DNA of 64,000 nucleotides from Sporopachydermia quercuum (lineage: Eukaryota): contig BCGN01000001.1 of assembly GCA_001599295.1 (NCBI GenBank), forward strand, positions 186,001 to 250,000. Reading direction: 5' to 3'. This document shows positions 52,906-64,000 of the stretch, in pieces. The translations under genes were made by a program, and so were the position numbers. Position 1 is the first letter of the stretch. Each line of letters starts with the position of its first letter. The notes under the pieces were generated by a model. The model saw only the letters and a list, made by a program, of their open reading frames with translations. It ran no database searches and was not told the origin of the DNA.

Positions 52906-54640
52906 CTACATATCTCTTAATTTTCTGAGCACAATAAGTGGTGCTGCTATAATGCCAATAACAATGAGAGTTAGGATACTAACAACCAATGCTTGTCCTT
53001 GAAATGGCTTTCTTGGTTGTGATGCCAAATCGTTAAAATTCTCTTCAATAGCTGCTGCCATTTTACTTCGAGAAAAGTTCCCGACAACATATTTCTTTCC
53101 TGATTCACCAAGTTGAGCTAATTTATCCTCTTTCAGTTTATACAATGCATAGTCCAACATTCCAAACCATTCGTTTTTATCCTCTGGTCTTGAAAACCCT
53201 GTTTTTCTATCCAACACCGTTTCAAGAGGTCCACCGTTATTAATAGCCAATACTGGTGTCTTTTCCAGCATAGCTTCTAAAGGAACAATCCCAAAATGCT
53301 CTCTGGAAGGGGTATATAGTAACAAAGAAGCCTTACGTAGTAAAGCAGTCTTAAGAGAAGATGATACACTAGGAAGGAAGAACACATCAGTTGAAGAAGC
53401 TCGTGCTGGCGGAAGCTCACTTTCGATTACAATTGATGATAGAGATAACGACTCACATAGTTTTCCTAATTCTCGTAAATATTGAACATTCTCTGTAACT
53501 CTTGAATCATATCCACCCGCTATCACCAACTTCACAGGGAATTCATTGGTCTCTTTATTAATTCGTCTGTCTTTTAATAACTTGAAGCTTTCAATAGCTA
53601 GCTCGATATTTTTCTTACGTTCAAATCTGTTGATGCTTAGAAGTACTTTGTTCCTGTAGAAAAAGTCATTCACTTCTTCCTCGGCAGCTTGAATCTTTTC
53701 ATTGTCTTTCTCAGTATAATTGACATCAACACATGGATAAACAACATTAGGACGTATTCTTAAAAATTTGAAAGTCTTCCGGAAAACCAATTTGGTAAAA
53801 TTGGAATTCACAACTACTCGATCAGACGCACCAGTAGTCCATTGCTCAAAATAGTCAAACGGTAGTCTATATAGCTTTCTCAGAAATCCATCATGAGTAG
53901 CTAAGAGTTGATCAGGAAAATGACAATAGAACAAAATTCTGCTTTTCACTACTACAATCCGTATTAATGGAACACATGCACTCAGTTGATCTATAAAAAA
54001 TGCGTCATACTTGAAGATCTCTCCTGAGAAGATTAATGATAATGTCAAATGAAGTTGTCGTAGGATTGAGCAAACTATGAAGAATCTGCCAAAGACTGAA
54101 CTAGGGACAACTGTATTGCCTCCTACTTCAACTTTCAATTCATTGTTTCTCACCTCTTCAAAACAATGGCTTCTGTCACAATGCGATGTGTAGATACGCA
54201 CTTCGTGCCCTCTTTTCTGTAGACCTAGTGCAGCATCGACCACTAGCCGCTCAGCACCACCTAAAGATTGGATACGTCAGTATGTCAGAATAGATATAAC
54301 AACCATCAAGAACGAAAAATAGAGATAGTCGATTTAAATCAACAATAGATACATTAGGTACATAAATCCGAAGTAAGCAAATGAATTTCCGCGAATCACT
54401 GAAAAGCGGAGAGCATCTTGGAACGCGTAAATGATAAACGATTGAAACACTCTTCAAACCTCTTTCATGTATATGATTCTATCTCCAATCTACCGTACGC
54501 GGTTGAGAAAACTGTTGTTATACAGCACTTTGAATGCAACAAGTATAATCACAGAGATTAATATATCATATCAAAACAGACAATCGTCCAGACTCCTACA
54601 TACCTATCCCTAGATCTGGGTGGAGAAAAGCAATCTTCAT
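52906..54640 (-). CDS. ALG2: Alpha-1,3/1,6-mannosyltransferase, 2 exons
   Basis: Exon 1 54640-54604 (MKIAFLHPDLGI); intron 54603-54261 GTATGT..TACTGAC..TAG; continues GGAERLVVDAA; FYCHFPD, SINRFERKKN, EHFGIVPLEAM. Confidence 0.96.
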
Positions 54641-55225
54641 AGTGAAAGGGTTTAGAATACTACCTGCTTTCTCTTAGACTGCTTGTAGAGCTTATAGAAG
54701 GTCAATCAATTATTAAGTTTCTGTTGTTAAATCATAATGTTGGGAAACTAGTTTTATTAAACTATTTGTACTGTCAATTGTCTACATGATAAGATAATCA
54801 TAAGATAGTCGAATAATATAAGCCTTCCTGGGTCAGTCTTATAAGGAGACGTAAGACAATCAGTCCCAGGTGTCCGGTAACCTGGGCTTTGTAGTATTTT
54901 AAAAAAAAATAGTTCGTATGAGTGTCTTCGGGAAACAGGACCGAAGTATATCGTTATGTTACTGTATGATTATGAAAGAAATCAAAATTATTTTCTGCAA
55001 TTCATTCAGGACTACCATAGTATAGCTAAGAAATATATTATGATAACATTATAGACTACGTTAATAAATAACGTAGTTGTTTGAGCATGAGAGTATCTAT
55101 CTCAATGCCGTTACTAGTATAGCTGGATGGTGTGGTAGATATTGGTTACATAGTAAACCAATCTAGATCTATTTATATATCTGTCTTTTCACCTATAAAA
55201 TACATATTATATATACAGAGTATAT

Positions 55226-56896
55226 TTATTTCAGTTTCCCAAACATTTCCCGAAACATATCGGTCAAGCCATACATCTTATCTTTACTCTCAGTTCGTAT
55301 CTCTGTTGCTTGATATATATATTTCTTACCTTCTGGCAAATTAACAGCCTTCGGACCATTCAAATGTCTATCTAAGGCATCTTCAAGAGTCTCAGCAACA
55401 GTCGAATAACATTTTTTCAACTCTTGCTCCTTGTTCAAATAAGGCCATCGTGATGGGCTAGGTGCTTGTAAATTATATCCCCGAATAGAGTCATTGAGCT
55501 TTCTAATAGTCAAATCTAAATATTTATCTTCTTTAGCAAGCCATTCATCATCCCTTAACAAAGGATTTCTACCAGCTTTCTCATTAGATGCATAATACTT
55601 TGCTAGCTTCAACTTTACCTCATTTGACTCATTTGCATGTTTCCTATCCAACAATATGATAGCCCTTCTTCTCCAATCATTACGGAGAGTTTTCTGGAAA
55701 TTTGCCAGTTCTGAGTTCAAAGACGCTTGCTTTTCTATCCACGGAGGTGCCAAGTCCTGTCTTTTCAACATATTGTTCAAGAAGTACTCTGTAGTTTCAA
55801 TATAAGCTGAATTTGCATGATGATCAGTCTCCAATGGTTTCCCTCTTGGTAACTTGTCAAATGCTCCATTCTGACGAGCGTCTTCAATCTTTCTGTCTGC
55901 TAGTGCTTTGATTGAGTTCATAGCACTAGAAAATGAAGTTGGCCCTAACAACTCGGGTCCAAGAAGCCTTTCTCTGTACATTTCTTTGAAGCTTGGATCT
56001 TCTTCAAACGTTGTATTAAACTTCGTACCAGTACTAGGATTTTTACCATTACCACCACTTTTTGATATCTCGTGTTTCTTCAGACTATAGTTCAAAGAGC
56101 TTTCCCTGGCATTTGTCAGTCTTTGTCTTATATCAGGCTTGATACCAGTGAAAGATTTGGGAGGAGTAACAATTGCCCCTGGTTTCCTTTTCAGTAATCC
56201 GTTCGTAGCTGAACGCTCTTTTCTCAGTTTATACTTATCTATAAGCATTCTTAGTGCTGTATCAGCCACTTCTTCAGTACCAGTCCACGGTTTAGTACCA
56301 GCAATCTCAACTGAAGCTTTTGGAGCACTTAGGGGCATTTTACTCATACTAATCTCTGCTCTATACTTTTCCTCAAACTGTAGTTGCTCGAATTTGGCTA
56401 TAATCTTTCGGATCTGTTCAGAGCCGGATAATCCAAATTCCATCAAATCTTTCTCTAGTTTTTCCTCCAGGATTGGTTTTGACAGTTCAGACTTCCTTGC
56501 TATTTCTGGAGTGTCGAATGATATTTCAAGAGCATCGCTAAGTTTTCCTGCTTTAGGATCAGCTGAAGTGTACGCAGCATCTTCCGCCAGTTGGTCCAGC
56601 CTTCTTTTCATATAGGACTCTTCATTATGGGAAGTAGCTAACTTAGAATGAGATGAAAAAGTACAAGATTCACTAGTGGAGGATCCATGAGATGATGATG
56701 CTGATTCCGCAGCTGATTTCGTCGCTGACACTAATTCTGATGAAAACCCCAAAGATTGGTTTATAATGCCACTTTGCTTGTCAGCGTGTGCTCTTTTCCT
56801 AGTATTCAATTGTCTAAGGAAACAATAAGGATGCCTTATTTTGACTTGATACTTGGTTGATCGACGAATTGATTTAGAAGTATGTCGAAGAATCAT
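55226..56896 (-). CDS. DUF1992 (DNAJC28-like C-terminal domain) protein, probably mitochondrial
   Basis: LADRKIEDARQNGAFDKLPRGKPL, TTEYFLNNMLKRQDLAPPWIEKQ, LNDSIRGYNLQAP; Arg/Lys-rich, acid-free N-terminus. Confidence 0.8.
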   Translation of the reverse strand: MILRHTSKSIRRSTKYQVKIRHPYCFLRQLNTRKRAHADKQSGIINQSLGFSSELVSATKSAAESASSSHGSSTSESCTFSSHSKLATSHNEESYMKRRLDQLAEDAAYTSADPKAGKLSDALEISFDTPEIARKSELSKPILEEKLEKDLMEFGLSGSEQIRKIIAKFEQLQFEEKYRAEISMSKMPLSAPKASVEIAGTKPWTGTEEVADTALRMLIDKYKLRKERSATNGLLKRKPGAIVTPPKSFTGIKPDIRQRLTNARESSLNYSLKKHEISKSGGNGKNPSTGTKFNTTFEEDPSFKEMYRERLLGPELLGPTSFSSAMNSIKALADRKIEDARQNGAFDKLPRGKPLETDHHANSAYIETTEYFLNNMLKRQDLAPPWIEKQASLNSELANFQKTLRNDWRRRAIILLDRKHANESNEVKLKLAKYYASNEKAGRNPLLRDDEWLAKEDKYLDLTIRKLNDSIRGYNLQAPSPSRWPYLNKEQELKKCYSTVAETLEDALDRHLNGPKAVNLPEGKKYIYQATEIRTESKDKMYGLTDMFREMFGKLK

Positions 56897-57413
56897 TGAG
56901 GATTTCTAGATAAATATCAGCAACTAAAGATGGATTTCTAGATGTAGGACAGATGACGTGATAGATGTAGTTACAAAAAAAAGTAGAGAGATAACAGTGA
57001 AAACAGGTGATACAATGTAGGATAAGCGAAACAGATACAGAAATAGATGAATTAAGAATAGATAAGGCGAGAGTGATTTGTGCTGATACCCGATATCTGA
57101 AGTATATTTCGGAGATGATGTGAACCGAAAGTCGATAATCATCTCCGAAATATGATAATAATGGGGAGTTGTTTGTGTAAGAGCCAACTTATCATGGAGA
57201 ACTCGTTGCAATTCATTTAGCGGAACAATGAATGTTTGTATTGTAATCACATTGCCTCTGTACTTAATTTACTACTACTATTCTTTGAACTCTACCCTCA
57301 TATTACATTAACTGACTATCCATATTCCGGAAATGATAGTTATCTGCCTACACGCTATATAATATATGCCAGTACAGATACGAATACACAAATGAAACCC
57401 ATGCTTCCCATAT

Positions 57414-59789
57414 CTATTTCAGACTCTCACTATCGGTAGCTTCCACCATCTTCTTTTTCCTCGAAAACTTCGTGTCTTCAGGGTTGAATCCTGCCTGTTC
57501 AGATCCCCAGTAAGCCCATTCAGGAGTAGGAGCCAAATAGTCCTCAGGTCCGAACTTCACACCATCTTTCAATAGCTGGAAAAACCTTTGATAGTCAATA
57601 TGTGTATACCAAACCCCATTCTTTTTGAACTTGTTTTGAGCCATGAGAATACAACAACTATGAGCATGTTCAGCAGCGATATCATATTCTAAGCCACGTT
57701 GGGCAAGCTTTTCGTTCAATGATACGACGAAATTCTTGCATTCTTCGTAAAATGGTATGTTTTGCATAGTCAAAGGATTACCATTACCACTCGAAGATCC
57801 ACAGAAAGTTGCCCCTTTGATTTCAATGAAACAGGGTAATCCTCGTTCAACCAAATCAACATAGCCATCTACTTCTCTCATGTTAAACCCTTTGACAAGC
57901 GTGAGTCTGAAAACTGTTCTTTGAGTTTGCTTTTCTCGTAAGATGTCTAAACATCGATTCAGACGCTCCCAAAAATCTCTATATAAAGGTCTATCGACTT
58001 TTCTTAAAGAATCCTTGGTGCTAGCATCGATGGAAACATATAACTGAGTCACCTGTTTCATAGCGGCTAATTGATCAGGATGTTGAGCATTGCATACAAG
58101 GAAGCTAGATATTCCCTTCTCATGAAGCATATCAACAAATCTGTTGATATGAGGATAGAAAATAGGTTCACCTACTAGAGATAACGCACAATGCTTCACT
58201 GTAAAAGCTTCAGCAAATCTACTAGCATTAACACCAGGAACCCCACGCATTTGTTTGATCTTCCTATAATGACCTTCTAAAGCTCCAGCGAGAATATCTT
58301 CAGGTTCATCTACTTGCCACCGCCAAGTAGTACCAACAGGATTGGTACCATGTCTCCAACAGAACACACACTTATTGGAACAGGATAAACTTGGAGTCGT
58401 TTCCATACATAAATGTGATCTAATTCCGTAGAAAGCAAACTTGTAGCAAGATCCACGACCTCTCAAAGCAGACTTTGTCCATCTACAGATTTTCACACCA
58501 GAATGAGATCCCACAACTGTGTACCCTTGCTTGGTCAGTGACTTGTATGTAGGAGAGTCTTTGCTCACCATTTCTTTTACGACTCTATCACCATCATTGT
58601 TGGTATCACCAGGAGCTACATTGGCATTTGGTTTGATCATTTTACCCATGTCCTCAACATCAACTAAATCCTTTCCGGTGTTGTTAGTACTATTAATTTC
58701 CTCTGCTTCATACTCATCAAACTCTTCATCTGACTCGGAAGATTCAATCACAACATCTGTAACTTGGCTTGGATCTTTCAAGCTATCAACGAGCATGCTG
58801 CTCCATTCATCAAGCACTTTCTGTCGATGGGTTTTGAAACAAGTCATGCCAATAGGAAATATTCGCTTACAGCCAAGTTTCGCCATCCATTTATCAACTT
58901 GTTTAGCTTGATAGCAAAATTTTTGCTCGTCGGGCCATCCTTCCAGATCACCTAAACCAAATACTGCAAACCCTTGTAGCTTTCTTAATGGTTTGGAATC
59001 AACACGAAAATCATTATAAGTTTCCTGCAGCGTTTCAATAAAAAAATCTAACGGAGATTCTGTTTCATAAGAAGGAATAACAAACAAATATATTGAATTC
59101 GTCACATCTGCTACAGGGGATAAGAAAAAATCGTCAAGATCTTGTATGTAGTCAACATTACGTAGAACAGCCTTGAATTCGAGCACCTGATCCAGTTGTT
59201 GCTTCAAGTTTTCAGCAAATCTTTGCGAAGTTCCTGTTAATGTAGAATAGAAAATGTTTACTTTTGATGACAAAGAAGGAATTGACGAAGGCTTTTGATT
59301 TGCTTTTCTATTAGAAAATTTAGACGAAGACTTGATGTTGATTGACTTGATGTTGAATCTCTTAGGTTGATGCTTTGATTGAGGTTTTGAGAGCTGTTTA
59401 GGTTTAGTGGATACAGTAGTGAAATCAACTTCCAAAATTTTACTGGAAAGTAACTTGGAAGCTGTGTTTATTTTCACTGATTTCATTTTGGTTGATGTAG
59501 CATCTAAAGTGTCGGTTGCATTAGATCTTCTACAGGCGTTCTTTGACTGATCCTTGGTGTCCATAGAGTCATTACTACTCGGCGAATCTGCTTCTTTAAC
59601 AACGAAAATCTGATTAAAAAACGTCTTATTATCTACCAGGAAAATACTCACGGTGATAATAAATACAGTAAACAGCACTGCTGATCTTATATCATGCCAA
59701 TAAGTAATAATCCCATATCTTTCATCCACAGAGCCTATAGCTTGCGGAGAAGGCAAGCTATTACTAAGTAAACTATTATTTCCACCCAT
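57414..59789 (-). CDS. TYW1: tRNA 4-demethylwyosine synthase (flavodoxin + radical SAM)
   Basis: N-terminal TM, flavodoxin YSTLTGTSQRFA, GSHSGVKICRWTK, CSNKCVFCWRH (CxxxCxxC), HCALSLVGEP, EHAHSCC. Confidence 0.96.
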   Translation of the reverse strand: MGGNNSLLSNSLPSPQAIGSVDERYGIITYWHDIRSAVLFTVFIITVSIFLVDNKTFFNQIFVVKEADSPSSNDSMDTKDQSKNACRRSNATDTLDATSTKMKSVKINTASKLLSSKILEVDFTTVSTKPKQLSKPQSKHQPKRFNIKSINIKSSSKFSNRKANQKPSSIPSLSSKVNIFYSTLTGTSQRFAENLKQQLDQVLEFKAVLRNVDYIQDLDDFFLSPVADVTNSIYLFVIPSYETESPLDFFIETLQETYNDFRVDSKPLRKLQGFAVFGLGDLEGWPDEQKFCYQAKQVDKWMAKLGCKRIFPIGMTCFKTHRQKVLDEWSSMLVDSLKDPSQVTDVVIESSESDEEFDEYEAEEINSTNNTGKDLVDVEDMGKMIKPNANVAPGDTNNDGDRVVKEMVSKDSPTYKSLTKQGYTVVGSHSGVKICRWTKSALRGRGSCYKFAFYGIRSHLCMETTPSLSCSNKCVFCWRHGTNPVGTTWRWQVDEPEDILAGALEGHYRKIKQMRGVPGVNASRFAEAFTVKHCALSLVGEPIFYPHINRFVDMLHEKGISSFLVCNAQHPDQLAAMKQVTQLYVSIDASTKDSLRKVDRPLYRDFWERLNRCLDILREKQTQRTVFRLTLVKGFNMREVDGYVDLVERGLPCFIEIKGATFCGSSSGNGNPLTMQNIPFYEECKNFVVSLNEKLAQRGLEYDIAAEHAHSCCILMAQNKFKKNGVWYTHIDYQRFFQLLKDGVKFGPEDYLAPTPEWAYWGSEQAGFNPEDTKFSRKKKMVEATDSESLK

Positions 59790-59978
59790 AATGGAAATGT
59801 GACATCAACAGTAAGAGATAACTAAACCAGATGACAATGGAGACATACGGGTGCCTCTTCTCGGATATGACTTTATGATGGAGATATGAATATTTAACGT
59901 ATGTTTCTAAGGTCAGCTACGTTTGGTAATAGCAGAGAAAGGCATTTTTTCAAATGACAAACAATGCATTGGTCAAGG

Positions 59979-59990
59979 TGAAAATTTTCA
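59979..59990. promoter_or_regulatory. RRPE-like element TGAAAATTTTCA upstream of TYW1
   Basis: Matches the ribosome-biogenesis RRPE consensus about 190 nt upstream of the TYW1 ATG. Confidence 0.5.
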
Positions 59991-60055
59991 TTTTGCGGAG
60001 AGAACGTCTTTCGATTATGTCATATGTAANGAATGGTGTGAGAGGGTAAGAAGAG

Positions 60056-60253
60056 AGATCTGTTTGAGACGGTGGCATGAACCGAGCTGGAGCTAGTAGC
60101 TCCGCCCAACGGCTGGTTGAACTCAGAGAGAGCTGCCGATTTGTTCAAGGTTTGCAACATTAATAGTGGAGGATGTTAACACAGGTGTGCCGGCATTTGA
60201 TTTTTGACAGAAAATGATGATTTAATTCCTACGGTGTTTTCATTATAATAGTT
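60056..60253 (+). ncRNA. Candidate box H/ACA snoRNA
   Basis: GC-rich hairpin (CGGUGGC/GCUGCCG, inner GGAGCU/AGCUCC), ANANNA box ACATTA 60157-60162, second stem AUAGUGGAGG/UUUUCAUUAU, terminal AUA+3 nt; G-U pairs favour the + strand. Confidence 0.4.
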
Positions 60254-60327
60254 GAACTAACAGAGAGTTTTTAGGAGTGCACTTTCTGCAACTTGATGTT
60301 GTCCAAGGCTTGAATGAATATTGATGT

Positions 60328-60369
60328 CCTGTACCAGACCACATGACCTGTACTAGATCACATGACCTG
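60328..60369. repeat. 19-bp tandem duplication
   Basis: CCTGTACCAGACCACATGA / CCTGTACTAGATCACATGA / CCTG. Confidence 0.85.
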
Positions 60370-60522
60370 ATTATCGACAACTATGACCGCCTGTTATTTA
60401 TATCCACTCATTGATTATATGAACAGGCATAATGTACAGAAAATACGACTTGAATGTATGAATTATATGCAACAGGAAAAATGCTCCAGCTCTAAGTTTC
60501 TAAATATTTATCTCTAGCGCAT

Positions 60523-61236
60523 CTAAATCTTAGTACTCTCTGTATTCTTGACAGGTTCTCTCACCATCAAATCAAAAGCAATTGGACCAGTTTTATAGGC
60601 ACCATCAGCATTGAGATATATTCTGTCTTTGACTTCAAATCCAAACTTGTTATAAATGGGAATATTATAGGAACCTGAAGACTCCAAATAACAATATTCT
60701 CCATTCTTATCTGCAATATCAGTGACGTATTCAATCAGTTTCCTTCCATAACCTTTACCTCTTGAGGATGGTAATGTACCTATGTATATTAGATACCAAC
60801 TGTTATTATCATTTTCACCAAGGACTCGTTCTTTTGCTCTTCTAACTATTGGTAAGAACTCACTAAAAAATCTCCTTCTACCTTCTTTTCCATACTTGTA
60901 ATAGAGTCTCCACATGCCACTTCTCAGTATCGTCCNCCAATCGTCCATATTTTTTCCTGGAGGCATCCAACAGCTGATTCCTTCAAAGTCACCAGCAACT
61001 AATACTAGACCATTGAGCAAATGTGCATAAACAATATAATCAAAAATATCTAAATCTAGTTTGGCCATTTCCTCCTCAGTTCTGCCATCACAATCGATTA
61101 GGTAGTTTGCCGATGAATCTGTTGAGAACGCATCAGCAAGAGTCTTACTGGCCTTCTTGTACTCGTCGAATCTTAGTTTTCTCACGACAGGTTGACTGTC
61201 GGCAGAAGTCTTTGCTATCTCATCTCGTTGTTCCAT
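60523..61236 (-). CDS. GNAT-family N-acetyltransferase
   Basis: WYLIYIGTLPSSRGKGYGRKLI (acetyl-CoA motif A), CYLESS..NIPIYNKFGF. Confidence 0.9.
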   Translation of the reverse strand: MEQRDEIAKTSADSQPVVRKLRFDEYKKASKTLADAFSTDSSANYLIDCDGRTEEEMAKLDLDIFDYIVYAHLLNGLVLVAGDFEGISCWMPPGKNMDDWXTILRSGMWRLYYKYGKEGRRRFFSEFLPIVRRAKERVLGENDNNSWYLIYIGTLPSSRGKGYGRKLIEYVTDIADKNGEYCYLESSGSYNIPIYNKFGFEVKDRIYLNADGAYKTGPIAFDLMVREPVKNTESTKI

Positions 61237-62333
61237 TATGTATGTGTGCGTAGCAGTACAGGATTTCGTTGGTGATGTGTAGAATTCAGTATTAGGTGCA
61301 GAAAATATATTGTTGATCCTTCAAGTTATAGTAAACCATACAATAATTGAAATGTGCTAGTTATACGACAAAAACATGTTCGTATTCGGGCAAGAATAAT
61401 AAAAAGTAAATGGTTACAAAAATCAGACTTCAGTTAGTTCATTAAGGAATACCAGTAGTATTTATTCCCTTTATAACTGGATCAGTAAACGGCTTCTTCT
61501 TATCATGAATTAAAGCAATCCGATGCAGGTAGAAAGATAAAACCCCAAAAAGCTACCTTTAGCGGAACTTAAGGTTTTGTAATTAAGGTTAACGTTTATT
61601 CTTTAAAAATTGTTCCTTGACTGAAACTGCTTACCTGATACCTGATGATAATCGCTTATTATGAGGGAGACTTTGTAAAGTTGATCAGCAAATCTTTAAA
61701 GCACATTAAAGAATTCCTTAGTTTACAATAATGTCTAGTGCTTAAAGGAATCTGGTTTTTCAAGAACTGGCTCTGCAATGAGTTCAAGATCTGAAAGTGA
61801 AAGGCATTGATAGAAATAAGCTTTATCTTACTTTTTTAACTTGGAAAGTTCTAAACTTTAAATGACAAAGTTTATAAAAATAAAACGTTTTTTTCTTTAT
61901 TCTTTGAATTCTATGGGTATTTTCAGGTTTCCTGTTCCGGCTTAACCGATGGCTATTTTCAATATAATTACTATTCTCAATGAAATATTTTACTACTCCT
62001 ATTCCTCGTTTTTTTTATTGCTATAATTCATAACTTAAGCGGATATGTCGTTTTGAACCAATACGGTAATACTAACCCAAAGTTGCGGCCAACTCTAAAA
62101 TACTTCGCCATAAATGGAAAATGCATGTAATACTCTGTATGTGATACATAATTATGCATGTAAATCGCATGTGCTTTCCTATTTTGGATTTATTACCAAA
62201 CTAACAGTTTTCTTCGGTTCTTTAATCAAGTTATTGTATATTATAGTTGAATATCAAACAGTAAGTATAATCTAAATAGCAACCCTATTTACGGTAGGCT
62301 TAAACAAAGTATAATATCTCAGCTATTTCTAAG

Positions 62334-63856
62334 CTATTGAACCAAGGCCAACAAGGTCTTGCCATCTCTATACAAAGTACAAGTTTCGAGATCAACTATG
62401 TTTGCCAGAACTTGTAGAATTTCAATACTCCAATCACCTTTACAAAGATTGAAAACATGAGGACATTCTTCTTTTAAACTAGGTAAAAGTTCTGAATGCA
62501 TTTCAGCAATTGAATCATCAATTTGAATACCAAAAATCGCCATAATGTGAACAGGAAGCGTATCACTGAAGATCCATTCATATACTGCAAGATCAAGCTC
62601 ACTATGATTCATAGCAACAAGAAGAAACAATAAAAATACTTGTTCTTCATAACCAGATTCTTGTAGAGCTTGAATATCAGCAGTACCAAAACATCTTTCA
62701 ACGGCTTTACAAAATTCTGGAGATAGCTCAAATGCATTCTCAAGAGTAAACACGGCATCCCTATTGGATTCTGCCAAAAGATGCAATTCTTTCTTCAATA
62801 CCATTGATGTCATGTCAAGGATCTCAACTTGAGATTTTCTGTACATCATAACACATTTTTGCTTGAAATTTGATGGCTCGGGAAGATTATAATCCAATAA
62901 CTTCTGTCTCTTCAATGATAATGAAACAAGCAAGTTGTACAAGCCTTGTAACTGACATCTAAGTCTCATATAATCCTCAGTGGGAGACCTCGTAGCCGTT
63001 ACTTGAAAAGCTTGCTTGAGTTTATCAAATTTGGGTTCATTTCTGGTGATATAGAATATTTGATCCTCGGTTATTTCAATACCTTTGGTTCTAGCGTACT
63101 GAAAAATAGACTCTGGAATGTGAATTTTCAATGCAACTTGATCACCAATGTTGTTTTCCAGACAGAAGCCATATCCCATCAATAATTCTTCATTGCCCTT
63201 CGCACCATAGTTATTATATATCTCAATGTTTGGTCCTGCCACTTCAGCGCCATAAATATACTTAAACTTACCCAATTCCTCAGTATTCCAGTTGACTTTG
63301 GTCAATGGATAGTGATTGGTGGCATCAGCAATAGGAATCAACATGGCCTGTCCAACACCTTCTTCATCGTGGAATGAAATATAAGAAGGGAACGACCTAG
63401 AAGTGAAGATTGTACTAGCCCACTTATACAAATCCCATGTAATTGGGTATTTGTTTTTGAACTCTTCGCTTAAATGCTTATTCTCCATAGCTTCTTTAAA
63501 TTCATTTTCCCAATAGGTTTTTCTGGCGGCAATAGATTCATTAATATTAGTACCAACCAGAAATTTCATATCATCTTCGTTGAAATAAAAAGGAGTAGTT
63601 AACTCGTCTTCTTTTGGTAAAGTATCAATGTAAGGGGCCCAAAAACTATTGAGTCCCTCTAAACGCTGGACAACTAGGAACAACTTCAAAGCAATTTTTT
63701 TGTCTGACAACGATTGCATGAATTGATCGGTGAAGTACTTGAATTCTTTGAATCTCCTATTGGTTATATGAAAAAGAATATCATTAGGAATTGTCATTAG
63801 ATTCGTATCGGCAGGGAATGCTTCACTTGAAACCAAAGTAGATCCTGCATCACCTT
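62334..63856 (-). CDS. SET-domain protein lysine methyltransferase (Efm1/Rkm1-like), last exon; 5' exon(s) unresolved at window edge
   Basis: SFWAPYIDTLP, YKWASTIFTSRSFP, MLIPIADATNH, IYNNYGAKGNEELLMGYGF; acceptor TACTAAT...CAG ending at 63857. Confidence 0.88.
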
Positions 63857-64000
63857 CTGTAGCAAATATTTCATATTAGTATTTCAGTCGTAAAAGAATC
63901 TTCTTAGATCAATTCAAATTAACTAGATAATCGACAATATATGATACACCCATAACAGGGTACCATGCTTCATCTATCACAACGAAATCAAATTCCTAAT

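Noticed and set aside
54261..54603. Intronic snoRNA in the long ALG2 intron (also SGF73 intron 1)
   Set aside because: No properly placed box C/D pair or H/ACA architecture recognised by eye
56139..56615. Antisense ORFs inside real genes (also 9678-10064, 41796-42068, 58519-58911)
   Set aside because: Shadow frames of well-supported opposite-strand CDSs
60070..60138. TPP riboswitch or SECIS element
   Set aside because: It starts GCATGAACCG like fungal TPP aptamers but lacks CTGAGA and the TGAT..GATAAT..CAGCG arm. AUGA/UGA faces no upstream + strand gene, has no apical AA in the SECIS position, and no UGA-interrupted ORF is seen

Overview
AT-rich, intron-containing budding-yeast (Saccharomycotina) chromosomal segment. 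It is not prokaryotic, and I see no CRISPR array, transposon or tRNA. CTG reads as Leu at conserved PRP43 positions, so the standard code applies. I support 24 protein genes, several only after splicing by hand (GTAAGT/GTATGT donors, CTAAC/CTGAC branch points): ENTH protein (partial), COQ8, PRP43, ArAE/FUSC membrane protein, MIC26/27, PEX20, divergent BEM1-like scaffold, GPR1-like GPCR, FAR-17a/AIG1 protein, an unknown 3-exon tail-anchored protein, PGA1-like, complex I NDUFA7/NUZM, ASI2-like, agmatinase-family enzyme, ZEO1-like microprotein, HRR25, NPY1, PGC1-like, SGF73, ALG2, DUF1992 protein, TYW1, a GNAT and a SET methyltransferase (partial). The best leads are: (1) a BNIP3/NIX-like candidate selective-autophagy receptor whose Atg8-binding motif (DSWIDL) is reached only by splicing; (2) a candidate H/ACA snoRNA at about 60.06-60.25 kb; (3) a signal-peptide plus HDEL ureohydrolase; (4) a highly divergent Bem1; (5) 11-bp-phased ATGCA arrays; (6) local CGG/CCG-rich blocks and oscillating G/C skew. 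All family assignments come from recognising motifs by eye and from memory; no database search was run.
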